A stretch of DNA of 63,935 nucleotides, filler included, from Octopus bimaculoides (GCF_001194135.2; 10 parts of 10 records of this genome joined end to end with filler, not necessarily neighbours in it); one strand, 5' to 3'. Counted from the whole stretch's first letter, positions 1 through 13,245 are shown. The notes: generated by a model from the letters alone, not told the origin. Numbers and translations: made by a program.

Positions 1-541
1 TATATATATATATATATATACACACATACATACATATATGTATATGCATATATGTATATGCATATATGTATATGCATATATGTATGTATGCATATTTGTA
101 TGTGTGTATATGTGATTGAGTATGTGCGCGAGTGTATGTGTGTGCATGTGTGTGTCTAACGCACATTTTATATATCATATTTATATATACATCTGTGGAC
201 ACGAATATATTGAACTATGTATGTATATATATATATATTATGGAAGAATATATACAAAGAATATCTATATATATATACATGCATACGATGTATGTGTATA
301 TATATATATATGTATATTTATATACATATACATATATATAAACATACGATGTATATGTGTGTATATGCGTGTGTATACATATATTAATATGCATGTATAT
401 ATAGATATGTACGTACTTCTATCTATCTATGTGTGTGCGTGTAAGTGTGTGTATATATACATACACAGACACAGACGAATGATGTTAGCCATATAAAAGA
501 GTAGATAACTGAAAGACCCTTTCGATTCTGTTTGTACAAAC

Positions 542-695
542 CTTTCCGTCTTTCTTTGTCTTTGACTTTGTCTTCTGGAAATGGAATGTCATGGCGACCA
601 TCTAAGAGACTGAGCAGTGGTTGCATGAGCTGCTTGACATCTTCCATGTCCATATAGTAACCAAACTTTACCAAATATTGCAATAATCGCAACAC
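542..695 (-). CDS. ITPR: Internal exon of divergent inositol 1,4,5-trisphosphate receptor-like channel ([51 protein letters not shown])
   Basis: Acceptor ttttgtcAG (697-696), donor GTTTGT (541), 154 nt, phase 0 to 1. The peptide aligns by eye to the IP3R segment [31 protein letters not shown]. Confidence 0.85.
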
Positions 696-911
696 CTGAC
701 AAAAATTGAAAACATATAACATAAAACAGGAACAAATTAAGCGGGAACGTACATGTATATCCATCCGTCCGTCCACCCGCACGTCCTTTTGTCTGTCCGT
801 GTGTTTGTCTGCCTGTCTAACTCTCTCTCTCTCTCTTTCTCCACACACACACACATATATATACATATGTATGTACACACATATATGTACATACATACGC
901 ACATGTGCATG

Positions 912-963
<52 letters not shown>

Positions 964-2041
964 CGTATATATATATATGTATATATACGTATATATATAT
1001 ATGTATATATNNNNNNNNNNNNNNNNNNNNNNNNNNNNNNNNNNNNNNNNNNNNNNNNNNNNNNNNNNNNNNNNNNNNNNNNNNNNNNNNNNNNNNNNNN
1101 NNNNNNNNNNNNNNNNNNNNNNNNNNNNNNNNNNNNNNNNNNNNNNNNNNNNNNNNNNNNNNNNNNNNNNNNNNNNNNNNNNNNNNNNNNNNNNNNNNNN
1201 NNNNNNNNNNNNNNNNNNNNNNNNNNNNNNNNNNNNNNNNNNNNNNNNNNNNNNNNNNNNNNNNNNNNNNNNNNNNNNNNNNNNNNNNNNNNNNNNNNNN
1301 NNNNNNNNNNNNNNNNNNNNNNNNNNNNNNNNNNNNNNNNNNNNNNNNNNNNNNNNNNNNNNNNNNNNNNNNNNNNNNNNNNNNNNNNNNNNNNNNNNNN
1401 NNNNNNNNNNNNNNNNNNNNNNNNNNNNNNNNNNNNNNNNNNNNNNNNNNNNNNNNNNNNNGCTTGTGGCAAAAGGTGTAAAATCACCTTATCTGCTCAG
1501 TATTGCACTTTGGGCAGACGCCGCTTTTCTAGCTCGTTAGCCGTTGTCGGTGAGAAACACCGATGGGAAGTAACTCTGGGCAGATTCAAAGCGGATGCTT
1601 TTACTAAAAAACAGTCAACGACATTGACTGAGTTGCGCTTTTAGACCGCCAGGTCGGAAGAAATTTAGCAGTATCAGCGTCGAGCAGTGTTTAAGCATAA
1701 GCGAACTTTAAAATAATTTAAATGTATTTTACAGATTTCAACTACTAAAGGCAAGTTCACTGCAGTTACCATGGAAAAAACACCATATCTGTCCAGTGTT
1801 GCCCTCTACCGGATTCCTAGATGCATCGTTTCTAGCTCTTTAGACGTTATCAATGGGAAATACCGAAGAGAGGTGGCTCTGAGATGATTTAAAGTCGTAG
1901 CTTCAACTAAAGCACAATCGACACCATTGACTGAGCAGCGCCATTTGAAATTCAGTATCAACGCCAAAATAACTAAATGACTAAATAAATAAATGCAAAA
2001 TAATAAGTCAAAAAGAGAAAGAAAGACAAAGATCTACTTAC

Positions 2042-2158
2042 TTGTTCAATTAACAGGTTGTGCCCCACTAAGGAAGCTGTCATTATGCAGTTTTGAGCTA
2101 AGAATTCAGCTAACCAATCTCTCAAGACTGGGAATATTGTCACCAAGTCTTTCACAAT
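2042..2158 (-). CDS. ITPR: Preceding ITPR-like exon (IVKDLVTIFPVLRDWLAEFLAQNCIMTASLVGHNLLIEQ)
   Basis: Acceptor ctctgtcttcAG, donor GTAAGT at 2041, 117 nt, phase 0-0. Joins in frame to the 542-695 exon; HNLLIEQ|VL corresponds to IP3R KNKLTFEVV. Confidence 0.85.
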
Positions 2159-2753
2159 CTGAAGACAGAGAAACCCCAAATAAAGATTAATAAAAAAATA
2201 TGAGGAAGAATATAAGAATTAAAACAAACGATAATGCGGGGTGGGAAACAAAGGGAGAAATCGATGACTGAAGAGTAAATTTAAAGTAATGTGTTGAGAA
2301 AATAATCAGGCAGCTACAGACGTACACACAAACACACACACACACGCACGCACGCACGCACACACACACACACACAAACACACGGGCGCCCGCGCGCATT
2401 CACGCGCAGCCGCACGCGCGCACACATGGACAGAGACGCAGACACAGACATATACATTCATACATGACAGACGACATGCATAAAAAATTCACTTTATTAT
2501 ATTAATATATAAATATACACACACAGACATGCATATATATATATATACATATATGTATATATATATATATATATGTATGTATGCATGTATGTATATACAC
2601 ACATATATATTGATATATACATATGTACACACACACACACATATATATATATACATATATATACGTACGTCTGTATACTGATTAATACATAGTACCAAAT
2701 TGCACAATCTGAGGACATTTTATTTAGCGCGCAATTGATTTTACAACTTCACA

Positions 2754-2960
2754 GAGATGATGATGATGATGATAATGATGATGATGATGATGATGATGAT
2801 AATGATGATGATGATGATGATAATGATGATGATGATGGTGATGATGGTGNNNNNNNNNNTGATGATGATGATGATGATGATGATAATGATGATGATGATG
2901 ATGATAATGATGATGATGATGGTGATGATGGTGATGATGATGATGGTGGTGATGGTGTCG
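2754..2960. repeat. (GAT)n/(GGT)n trinucleotide microsatellite
   Basis: Directly visible; source of the poly-D/M/I/S ORFs. Confidence 0.95.
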
Positions 2961-3176
2961 GCAACAATGATGACGTCAGCAACCACGACGTTTTTTCAAC
3001 ATCGTACAACAACGGTTTGTAACACAGACACATGTAACCGCTAAATACTTGGCAACCGTGGCGTCGATTTTACGACTATCTGAATAATTAATTAATTAAG
3101 ACCCATTCTGAAATATTACAAGGCCAGCTTAGCCTTGAACCCAAAACGTTAAGAAACGTAACTAAATGCCATAAAG

Positions 3177-3541
3177 TATTGGATTATCCCATAAACAATC
3201 CACATTTTTTCCAATTAAAAGTCGGAAGGAGACGGGATAAACTACCTGCATCAACTTGCTATAATAGCAGGTAGTAATTTTACCTTGTTCTTATTTTTAG
3301 TGCAAGTTTTGAAGAGTGCAGTTCGATTTTAATAGTTATGTTTTCAAAGCTATAATGGAAGTGGCAAAGGAACATATTCGGCACATTTTACTTTATGAGT
3401 TCAACAAAGGCTACGACGCAACGGAAAGTGTGAGGAATATTAATACAGTATATAGGGATCGGACAATAAGTGTAAGCCAGTGTCAACGGTGGTTCCAGAA
3501 ATTCCGAGCCAGAAACTAAAGCCGAGAAGACGAGCCTAGGT
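3177..3541 (+). mobile_element. Mariner (Mos1-like) transposase 5' remnant, helix-turn-helix region
   Basis: MEVAKEHIRHILLYEFNKGYDATESVRNINTVYRDRTISVSQCQRWFQKFRARN*SREDEPR matches the mariner N-terminal HTH pattern; premature stop and truncation. Confidence 0.85.
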
Positions 3542-3949
3542 GTTATGCATAGGTGTTATCGTAATCATGATCATACTGTTATATACAATATTGTTTAATT
3601 AAATTATCTGACTATCTAATTATCGTACTAGACTGGTATTTATCTCATCGACCGTGGAAGGATAAGGGATGAAGTAGACCAGGGTGGAATGCAAAATCTG
3701 AACGTAAATGGAAGCACGTAATATTTCCGCCAGGTGTTTTATTTGATGTTGCATCGACTGTTTCATGTCCCGGCAATGGTCATCATGATGACGATGACAA
3801 CGACGATGAACGATGAATTATGGCGATGATGATGATGATTACGATGATGATAATAACAACTATAATAATAATAATGGTTTCAAATTTTGGCACAAGGTCA
3901 GCAGTTTCGGGGATACTAGATAAGTCGATATCATCTACCCCGCCTTAAA

Positions 3950-4027
<78 letters not shown>

Positions 4028-4039
4028 TTTCCACAGCTT

Positions 4040-4148
4040 GGGGGAGGTGGGTATGAATCGACTACATCGACCCCAGTGTTCAACTGGTAATTATTTTATC
4101 AACCCCGAAAGGATGAAAGGCAAAGTCGACTTCGGAGGAATTTGAACT
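4040..4148 (-). mobile_element. tRNA-headed SINE family A, partial copy between (AAT)n arrays
   Basis: Shares the core ccccgaaaggatgaaaggcaaagtcgac...gaatttgaact with about ten other copies in the window. Confidence 0.8.
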
Positions 4149-4166
4149 GCCAACTCACCACCTAAA

Positions 4167-4221
<55 letters not shown>

Positions 4222-5077
4222 TAATAATAATAATAAATAATAATAATAATAATAATGATGATAATGATGATGATGATGATGATGATGATATTAATAATTT
4301 ATGTTTTGTTTAAGATTTGTAAAAACACAACATGAAAGAATGTTTCAACGAAAAGCATTCAAGAGTAGTGCAGAAAACATTAAACAGTGGTTGCTATAAT
4401 AAGTGCCGTTGTGTATTTGTGGTATTGATAGAAGAAAAAACAAAAGAGTCAGTTATGTAAAGCAGAAAAAAAACATATACACACACAAAATACCGAAACC
4501 AAAACAAATTGCTAACGTGATGATTTTTTATCGCAGATTGCAATTGTGGTGGTGCTAGTGGTGGCTGTTGCGAAAGTAGCCGTGAAGGTAGTGACTGTGG
4601 TAGGAGTGGTTGTAATGGTGGTAGTGGTGACGGTGGTAGTTTGAGTGTTTTTGCAATGATTACGAGAAAAAAAAAGTACAGATGTTGGCCAAGATGTTTC
4701 ACTGTATAATTTTAGAATTTTCCATAATCTTGGAACTTTAATTTTGTTTTGAGAATTTATGCATCTTCTCATTAAAGAGAAGAAACTACGAAAGAGATTA
4801 AAATGAGGAATCTATGAGGTCAATATGAACCGAACTAATTTTCTTGTACGTTTCTTCATTTTGGTTTGATTTTTAAATGAAACGTACATCGGGCGGATCG
4901 AGTCTTTAGAATATCAAATATATATATATATATATATATANNNNNNNNNNNNNNNNNNNNNNNNNNNNNNNNNNNNNNNNNNNNNNNNNNNNNNTATATA
5001 GTTTATGGGTTAGAGACAGGTGTTCTCTATATAGAATACACTTCGAAGTGCTCAAGAATGTGAATTTGACCCGGTAG

Positions 5078-5559
5078 GGGAGTAAATGTAATGACAAGCA
5101 AGTTGGACAAGTCGATGTACACAGAATACTAAATACATTTAATAGAAAAAATGTATATGTGTATGGATATAAGATAGTCCAACTTACACAGAAGATAAAT
5201 GATATCAGGAGTTAAATGGGTTGAGTTTTACGAGTCCAACAGCTGTTTCTGGGGGTTTGGTGATCCGGAATAATGATAGTTATTTGGTTCTATTATCGGA
5301 TAACATCACTTCCGTCTTCAGGGGTGAATTTTACGTTTGAGGTGCTGACAGGATGGAGTTTAAAGTAACTATTATTATTCCGAACCACCAACCCCTCTGA
5401 AACAGCTGTTGGACTCATAAGACTCAAACCATTTAACTCCTGATATCATTTATATTCTGTGAAAGTCGGACTATTTTATATCCAAACACATGTACAATTT
5501 TTGTACTTAATATTCTGCGTAAATCGCCTTGCCTAACTGCTTGTCATTACTTTTGCTCC
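5078..5559. mobile_element. Foldback/MITE-like element with about 200-bp imperfect inverted arms
   Basis: gtaatgacaagca...gatatcaggagttaaatgg...gagtccaacagctgtttc is mirrored by gaaacagctgttggactc...ccatttaactcctgatatc...tgcttgtcattac. Confidence 0.8.
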
Positions 5560-5594
5560 TCTCTCTCTCTGTATATATATACATACATACATAT

Positions 5595-5629
<35 letters not shown>

Positions 5630-7153
5630 ATTTAATGTATACAACATACATTTATGAGCTACTAATAGTTTCATGCATTAGAGATGTAGTCTCTTGGCAG
5701 GTTTTAATAACATGCTTTGTGTCGCCAAGCAATGTTCAAGTTTGGAGCACGTGGCCACTACAATTTACAAATAAGGACACTTGAACAAGAGAAATACGTG
5801 AAAAACTTAGAAGAAAATGTATGCTAAAAGGGGAAGGGTGAAAAATAAAAGAAAAAAAGAAGAATATTAGAGTTAGTCTCCTTTGACCGTAAAACCATAA
5901 TAAAGCTAGTTGTGGAGAGATGTCCAAACTTTGCGTGTGAGTGATTATGCAAATAACGGTGCTAACAGTGCTGTCTGTATTGGTGGTGGCGGTAATTCAC
6001 AATTATGGGATTAAAACAAAAGAAAAAGGAAGACCATTAAAATACGTTGATTTCTACGAAATAAACTGCAACACGCATGCAAGGTTTGTTTTGCTGTGTT
6101 GATTATAAAAGTCATGCAATATGGCGCTGATATAGTCGTGTTGCTGTGTTTTAGCTATGTCAATTGTTCGTTTAAAGAGTAACGAACGGGGGTAGGGTGG
6201 GGGTGCATCTGGTGTACGAATCATTGCGGAGTTATATGCTGGAAATGGAAGGGGTTTTAATCAGTAAGTACTACAAAATTATATCTGCATTCTGACTCTT
6301 CAAATCGTGGTGCCATTCTTCCGGAGTCCGTAACATAAACTACTAGTTACACACACACACACACACACACACACANNNNNNNNNNNNNNNNNNNNNNNNN
6401 NNNNNNNNNNNNNNNNNNNNNNNNNNNNNNNNNNNNNNNNNNNNNNNNNNNNNNNNNNNNNNNNNNNNNNNNNNNNNNNNNNNNNNNNNNNNNNNNNNNN
6501 NNNNNNNNNNNNNNNNNNNNNNNNNNNNNNNNNNNNNNNNNNNTATATATATATATATATATGCACAATAAATTATGCTTAATTGATTTTCAACGGTACA
6601 ATTCATGCTACAAATGTTTCAATAGCACGGAAATTTATTTGCTCATAATATATTGCATTACTATTTTACATGCTCAATTGCTCGTCATTTCACCAATCTA
6701 AGCTATATATCATTTATACATACACGCACACACATATATATATACATACACGCACACACACACACATATATATATACATATGTATATAGACACAAACACA
6801 CATATATGATATACTAAAAGACTAAACTAATATATCTTAAATATATATTCTGTAGCTACAAGGTTTCAATTGCAGCAGATATATGAAATTATTATCGTAT
6901 TGAGGTATCTGCAGCATTTTATCTATTTTCCATCATAAGTAATCACTTCAAAAACAAAAACGGAAAAATCGCAAGCAGCGTACAAGCGCACAAAGTCAGC
7001 TTCGGAATTTCAATATTTTGGTTTTTCTATACAACAATGATTAAGATCTTATAGATACATGCAGGCTCATATTTCTGTAAATGAAATTTATATACACGCT
7101 CACCTTACACTGATATGATAATATTTACCTTTATATATATAGATATAAATATA

Positions 7154-7622
7154 CAGGTCGTCGTCGACTACGACCACAATTGGTTCCGACTCACTGGTTG
7201 TAAGTCGATTTGGTCGTAAGTCGGCCTATAGGCCTACATAGCTTTGTTTTATATTTTTTTACATTCTTAAGGTAGATTCTCAGGTAAAAGTCACACACGG
7301 TATTGTGTATTATACTATTATACTGGCGTTAGTCAAAAATTTCGGAGTCTCAAGCAGTCGTCTTATAAACAAATACGAGGTTACTTCGATGTCTCCGGAA
7401 CAGGATAGTCATCCAACTCTTAGGATAACCACAGTGGTGATCGATAACAAACCCCAGGAGAAGGGTTTGTTAGCTGACATCATCCGTAGATGGGTTAATT
7501 CCTAAGAAAATAAACCCATTAGATTTCAACTGGACTATTTATCATTGCGGCCGGGAGCTGGCGTGCCAATTGTAAAGTTGATCGGTCGTAAATAGGACGG
7601 GTCGTAGGTCGGCGACGACCTG
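7154..7622. mobile_element. Non-autonomous DNA transposon (MITE), about 470 bp, TA flanks
   Basis: ta|CAGGTCGTCGTCGACTACGACC at left and GGTCGTAGGTCGGCGACGACCTG|ta at right form about 23-bp terminal inverted repeats. Confidence 0.75.
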
Positions 7623-7888
7623 TATATATATACCTATATAACATATGAATGAATATATATATAGCTACATACGCATATATATATATATATATANNNNNNN
7701 NNNNNNNNNNNNNNNNNNNNNNNNNNNNNNNNNNNNNNNNNNNNNNNNNNNNNNNNNNNNNNNNNNNNNNNNNNNNNNNNNNNNNNNNNNNNNNNNNNNN
7801 NNNNNNNNNNNNNNNNNNNNNNNNNNNNNNNNNNNNNNNNNNNNNNNNNNNNNNNNNNNNNNNNNNNNNNNNNNNNNNNNNNNNNNNN

Positions 7889-7946
<58 letters not shown>

Positions 7947-8040
7947 TGTATGTATGTGCACGTATGTATGTATGTATGTATGTATGTATGTATGTATGTA
8001 TGTATGTGTGTGTGTATGTATGCAGAGTCCCCATCGACAA

Positions 8041-8084
<44 letters not shown>

Positions 8085-8415
8085 GGACAATTACCCCTGA
8101 GGACAACAGATGATTTAAAACTTGTTAATATATTGGAGATGGGGTAATTAACCAAGGAGAGTAATTGTCTTAGGGGTAGTTGTCATCGGGGGGAATTGTT
8201 TTATGGGGGCGGGGTAATTGTCTTGGGGGTAATTGTCCTGATACGATGCAACTATGTATGTATATATAAATACTTGAACATATATATATATATAAATTCT
8301 TGTACATATATATATGCATATATATTTATCTCTACATATGCAAACATGCGTATACTTACGCATACATATGCATACATATGCATACACACACATATATATA
8401 TATCTGTTTGTGTGT

Positions 8416-8647
8416 TATTTCTTTACTACCCACAAGGGGCTACACACAGAGGGGACAAACAAGGACAGACAAACGGATTAAGTCGATTATACCGACCCCA
8501 GTGCGTAACTGGTACTTATTTAATCGACCCCGAAAGGATGAAAGGCAGAGTCGACCTCGGCGGAATTTGAACTCAGAACGTAGCGGTAGACGAAATACCG
8601 CTAAGCATTTCGCCCGGCGTGCTAACGTTTCTGCCAGCTCGCCGCCT
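8416..8647 (-). mobile_element. SINE family A, near full-length
   Basis: Reverse complement starts ggcggcgagctggcagaaacgttagc (A-box-like) and contains gagttcaaattcc (B-box-like). Confidence 0.85.
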
Positions 8648-9074
8648 TGTGTGNNNNNNNNNNNNNNNNNNNNNNNNNNNNNNNNNNNNNNNNNNNNNNN
8701 NNNNNNNNNNNNNNNNNNNNNNNNNNNNNNNNNNNNNNNNNNNNNNNNNNNNNNNNNNNNNNNNNNNNNNNNNNNNNNNNNNNNNNNNNNNNNNNNNNNN
8801 NNNNNNNNNNNNNNNNNNNNNNNNNNNNNNNNNNNNNNNNNNNNNNNNNNNNNNNNNNNNNNNNNNNNNNNNNNNNNNNNNNNNNNNNNNNNNNNNNNNN
8901 NNNNNNNNNNNNNNNNNNNNNNNNNNNNNNNNNNNNNNNNNNNNNNNNNNNNNNNNNNNNGTGTGTGTGTGTGTGTGTGTGTGTGCACATACATGTATAA
9001 ACCTTGTTTTTTGATCCTTTAAAGGGACTTTCATTTTAGATGGGACATTGTGTTCATACATATTCTTTCATATT

Positions 9075-9285
9075 CTTTCACTTGTTTCAGTCATTTGACT
9101 GCGGCCATACTGGAGCACCGCCTTTAATCGAGCAAATCGACCCCAGGACTTATTCTTTGTGAGCCTAGTACTTATTCTGTCGGTGTCTTTTGCCGAACCG
9201 CTAAGTTACAAGTTACGGGGACGTAAACACACCAGTATCGGTTGTCAAGCAATGTTGGGGGGAAAGAAACACAGACACACATACA
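9075..9285 (-). mobile_element. SINE family B, 3' half
   Basis: cttgtttcagtcatttgactgcggcc...gaaccgctaagttac...gtcaagcaatg is shared with 23135, 26585, 34200 and 40400. Confidence 0.8.
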
Positions 9286-9454
9286 TATGTATGTTATGTA
9301 TGGCTAAATCGTTACATTTTGGAATGGCTCATTGCACGTCAGAATGTGTCCCTAGAGCTGACCAATTAAGTTAAACGAATTATAAACGAGATACATTGGT
9401 AGGCAGGCAAAACGTTCCTTTCTGAAAATTTCGCACGTTGGAATTCATCCAACA

Positions 9455-9990
9455 ACTGATGAACAGGGTCCAAGGTTCAGTTCGGACAGCTATGTGAAGC
9501 TGTTAGAAACTGCAGTCAAATCCTAGCCGAAGAGGGTTGCCGCTGGAAGGCCATTTGTGTGGCAGCAGGATTCGTTTCTTTGTCATTCTTCTGGAAAGAG
9601 TCAGAAGTATTTGTAAGAGAACACTCATTTCACAAGTCCCAATTCCTGGTTTCTTAATTCTCTCGATTCTAATCCCGTCGATACAATCCGTTGGGACACG
9701 GTTGAGAAAGACCCCGACCGCAAGGACTTCAGTATGAAGGCCAAGCTTGTAGCTATGATCAGAGACGTGTTTTAAGATCTTCACGGAGTTACAATGGAGA
9801 ACGCATGCGCCAGGTTCCAGAACCATCTTGACGTCGAGGACAACTAATTTGAATAGACTCTTAAACCGAGTCATAATCTTGTTGGCGTTTTTGTGATCTT
9901 TTAAAGGGACTTTAATTTTGGATGGGATATTGTGTTCTCTTTTTCTTTTTGGCAAACTGTCAAATTTAACCCGAAAAGCATAATATAATA
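9455..9990 (+). mobile_element. Degenerate Tc1/mariner-superfamily transposase C-terminal remnant (maT/DD37D-like)
   Basis: EQGPRFSSDSYVKLLETAVKS*PKRVAAGRPFVWQQDS followed by a decayed NSxDxNPxD..WDTVEKD motif; stops and frameshifts. The terminal segment is also duplicated at about 8995-9058. Confidence 0.75.
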
Positions 9991-10871
9991 TATCAACATT
10001 GGCTCAGCTGTATTGGATCCTGTCACCTCTGCGCCGAAAGGGATACGATTCAAATGAGCGCCTGAATTAATTTAGTGATAATGATTAATAATATAACGGG
10101 AAATGACATAATTTTTACCAAAAAAAAAAAAAAATCATGAGATATAAATAAAACCGCCAAGCCGCCGAAGCAAAAATAAAGAAAAACAAACAAACGAAGG
10201 AAGAAATAAAATATCAAAAATATCAAAAAAAGAAAAGACAATAAATCAATCAATATTAGATGCAATAATTCAATAACCTATAGAAAACCATTCCTGCAAT
10301 CCACACACCAAGAACCATATCCATAGGGAAAATAGAGAGATTTGTAGATCTAGCAATAACTAGTGAATTGCACAGATGCAGAGATAGATAGACCATATNN
10401 NNNNNNNNNNNNNNNNNNNNNNNNNNNNNNNNNNNNNNNNNNNNNNNNNNNNNNNNNNNNNNNNNNNNNNNNNNNNNNNNNNNNNNNNNNNNNNNNNNNN
10501 NNNNNNNNNNNNNNNNNNNNNNNNNNNNNNNNNNNNNNNNNNNNNNNNNNNNNNNNNNNNNNNNNNNNNNNNNNNNNNNNNNNNNNNNNNNNNNNNNNNN
10601 NNNNNNNNNNNNNNNNNNNNNNNNNNNNNNNNNNNNNNNNNNNNNNNNNNNNNNNNNNNNNNNNNNNNNNNNNNNNNNNNNNNNNNNNNNNNNNNNNNNN
10701 NNNNNNNNNNNNNNNNNNNNNNNNNNNNNNNNNNNNNNNNNNNNNNNNNNNNNNNNNNNNNNNNNNNNNNNNNNNNNNNNNNNNNNNNNNNNNNNNNNNN
10801 NNNNNNNNNNNNNNNNNNNNNNNNNNNNNNNNNNNNNNNNNNNNNNNNNNNNNNNNNNNNNNNNNNNNNNN

Positions 10872-10908
<37 letters not shown>

Positions 10909-11039
10909 TATACTGAGTGTATGAGATGGAAGGTGAGAGAGAAAAAGGGAGGAGAAGAGGAAGAGAAAAAGATTGTACGTCTATGTGTGAGAGAGGTGGA
11001 GCTCAAGAGAGAAAGACAGGTTGAATGTGAATATCATAC

Positions 11040-11078
11040 CTGGATATCTTCATTCGTTCCCAAAGAAGAATCAGGAGG
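11040..11078 (-). CDS. Probable 39-nt ITPR-like mini-exon (PPDSSLGTNEDIQ)
   Basis: Strong acceptor ttttgcttttaatcgattccgtttcctAG and donor CAG|GTATGA; phase 0-0, joins in frame to the 2042-2158 exon. No homology recognised. Confidence 0.55.
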
Positions 11079-12099
11079 CTAGGAAACGGAATCGATTAAA
11101 AGCAAAACAAAATGTAGAACAAACTACAAATTAAATATTTGTAACACACACACACAAATACTATTTATCTCCTCACAAATGCATACATACATAATGTATA
11201 CATACATATGCACCACCCACATGCACCATATCACAAACATGCGTTGATAATTATCCTTTTTTTCCAAGAAGGACATGAATATATATATATATCGTTTTTT
11301 TATAAAGTCAAACTGAAGGTGAGAGTTTGGCTTGCGACCCGGGTTTCACGTCACAGCAATCTTCAGGCCTGGTATTCAGTGCCAGTTTCAAAAAAAAAGG
11401 CATATCCGCTACAACATGTATTGAGCTCTCCTTTCTCATTTGGTTGACATAAAGCAACATTAATACATACATACATACATACATATATATATATGTATGT
11501 ATATATATATAGATATATATATATATATATATATATACAAATATATATATACACATATATACAGACAAATATATATATACACACACACATACATATATAC
11601 ATAAACACACGCACATTATATATATACATANNNNNNNNNNNNNNNNNNNNNNNNNNNNNNNNNNNNNNNNNNNNNNNNNNNNNNNNNNNNNNNNNNNNNN
11701 NNNNNNNNNNNNNNNNNNNNNNNNNNNNNNNNNNNNNNNNNNNNNNNNNNNNNNNNNNNNNNNNNNNNNNNNNNNNNNNNNNNNNNNNNNNNNNNNNNNN
11801 NNNNNNNNNNNNNNNNNNNNNNNNNNNNNNNNNNNNNNNNNNNNNNNNNNNNNNNNNNNNNNNNNNNNNNNNNNNNNNNNNNNNNNNNNNNNNNNNNNNN
11901 NNNNNNNNNNNNNNNNNNNNNNNNNNNNNNNNNNNNNNNNNNNNNNNNNNNNNNNNNNNNNNNNNNNNNNNNNNNNNNNNNNNNNNNNNNNNNNNNNNNN
12001 NNNNNNNNNNNNNNNNNNNNNNNNNNNNNNNNNNNNNNNNNNNNNNNNNNNNNNNNNNNNNNNNNNNNNNNNNNNNNNNNNNNNNNNNNNNNNNNNNNN

Positions 12100-12320
12100 C
12101 TGACCCTTTGAATTACAGGCACAACAGAAACAGGAAGTAAGAGTGAGAGAAAGTTGTGGTGAAAGAGTACAGCAGGGTTCGCCACCATCCCCTGCCTGAG
12201 CCTCGTGGAGCTTTAGGTGTTTTCACTCAATAAACACTCACAACGCCCGGTCTGGGAATCGAAACCGCGATCCTATGACCCCGAGTCAGCTGCCCTAACC
12301 ACTGGGACATTGTGCCTCCT
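12100..12320 (-). mobile_element. tRNA-headed SINE family C variant
   Basis: Shares ccctttgaattacagg...gggaatcgaaaccgcgatcc...ccctaaccact with 29740-30095 and 25870-26180. Confidence 0.75.
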
Positions 12321-12809
12321 CTAGGGTTATTATAGCAATTAAGTAACGAGAAGATGGATTTGGTATTAAACTTTATTCTGTACAGGTAAACACGCGTTCA
12401 CATACTACAGCGTAGACCACATCTAACTGATACAAGCCTAACACCGACACCTCGGATTAAACCCCACTCCCCTTAGTTAAAACCTCATGAACTGCAACCA
12501 TGGAAACTATACTAAGAAAGGACCGCATCCGAATGCTACATGTATTTAGACATGTAACCGTACAATGCAGCTGCGTATAAGTAAAGTGTACCAACGAATA
12601 CTAGAAAGCTTGATGGACGGGAAGGGAAGTAGACACGCATAAATCTGAACGCGAACGCTCGCTTGTGAACGAATATGTGTATGTGTGGAGGCGCACATAC
12701 ATACATACATACATGTACATGTGTGTGTGTATGTATATGCACTTGTGTGTACCTGCTTGTACCCACACAGACGCATATCAGGATCGGCGAAATAGAATAT
12801 TAGTCAAAT

Positions 12810-12942
12810 GTTGTGGCCGATGGCACAGTGAACTGGAGCAATGTGAAATAAAGAGTCTTGCTCAAGAACACAACACACAGCCCGGTCCTGGAATCGAACT
12901 CACTGCCTCTTGATTGTGAACCCGGCGCTCTAACCACAGAGT
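12810..12942 (-). mobile_element. SINE family C head fragment
   Basis: actggagcaatgtgaaataaagagtcttgctcaagaacac...ggaatcgaactcac...ctctaaccac. Confidence 0.7.
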
Positions 12943-13207
12943 CATATATTATTGCTTTCTTAAAAAAGCGGTTATAAAAGAACATTTGGAACAATCCCCG
13001 TTTCGTTTCAAGTTAGTATTCCAAACAGCTTTGAAACGATTGAACGTTACATACAGTTTGGGATTTGTCTCTGATGATGTGTCGATAACATTACTAGCGA
13101 GCGAAACTAGAAACGTATTAGGCCAATGTATCATAATGTTCATACACACACACGTACAAACGCACATACACATATATACTTACACATTCACATATAGATA
13201 TACATGC

Positions 13208-13245
<38 letters not shown>

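Noticed and set aside
116-496. Long YI/VC/HT/poly-amino-acid ORFs here and throughout the track
   Set aside because: They are translations of dinucleotide to tetranucleotide microsatellites or N runs; no coding signal.
2735-3044. Poly-Asp ORF resembling acidic biomineralisation proteins
   Set aside because: It is a GAT microsatellite containing a gap, open in several frames on both strands, with no splice or start context.
13046-13084. Minus-strand 39-nt exon-like unit (NVIDTSSETNPK) with a GTATGT donor
   Set aside because: Its open frames are phase 2-2 or 1-1, incompatible with the neighbouring phase-0 ITPR-like exons.
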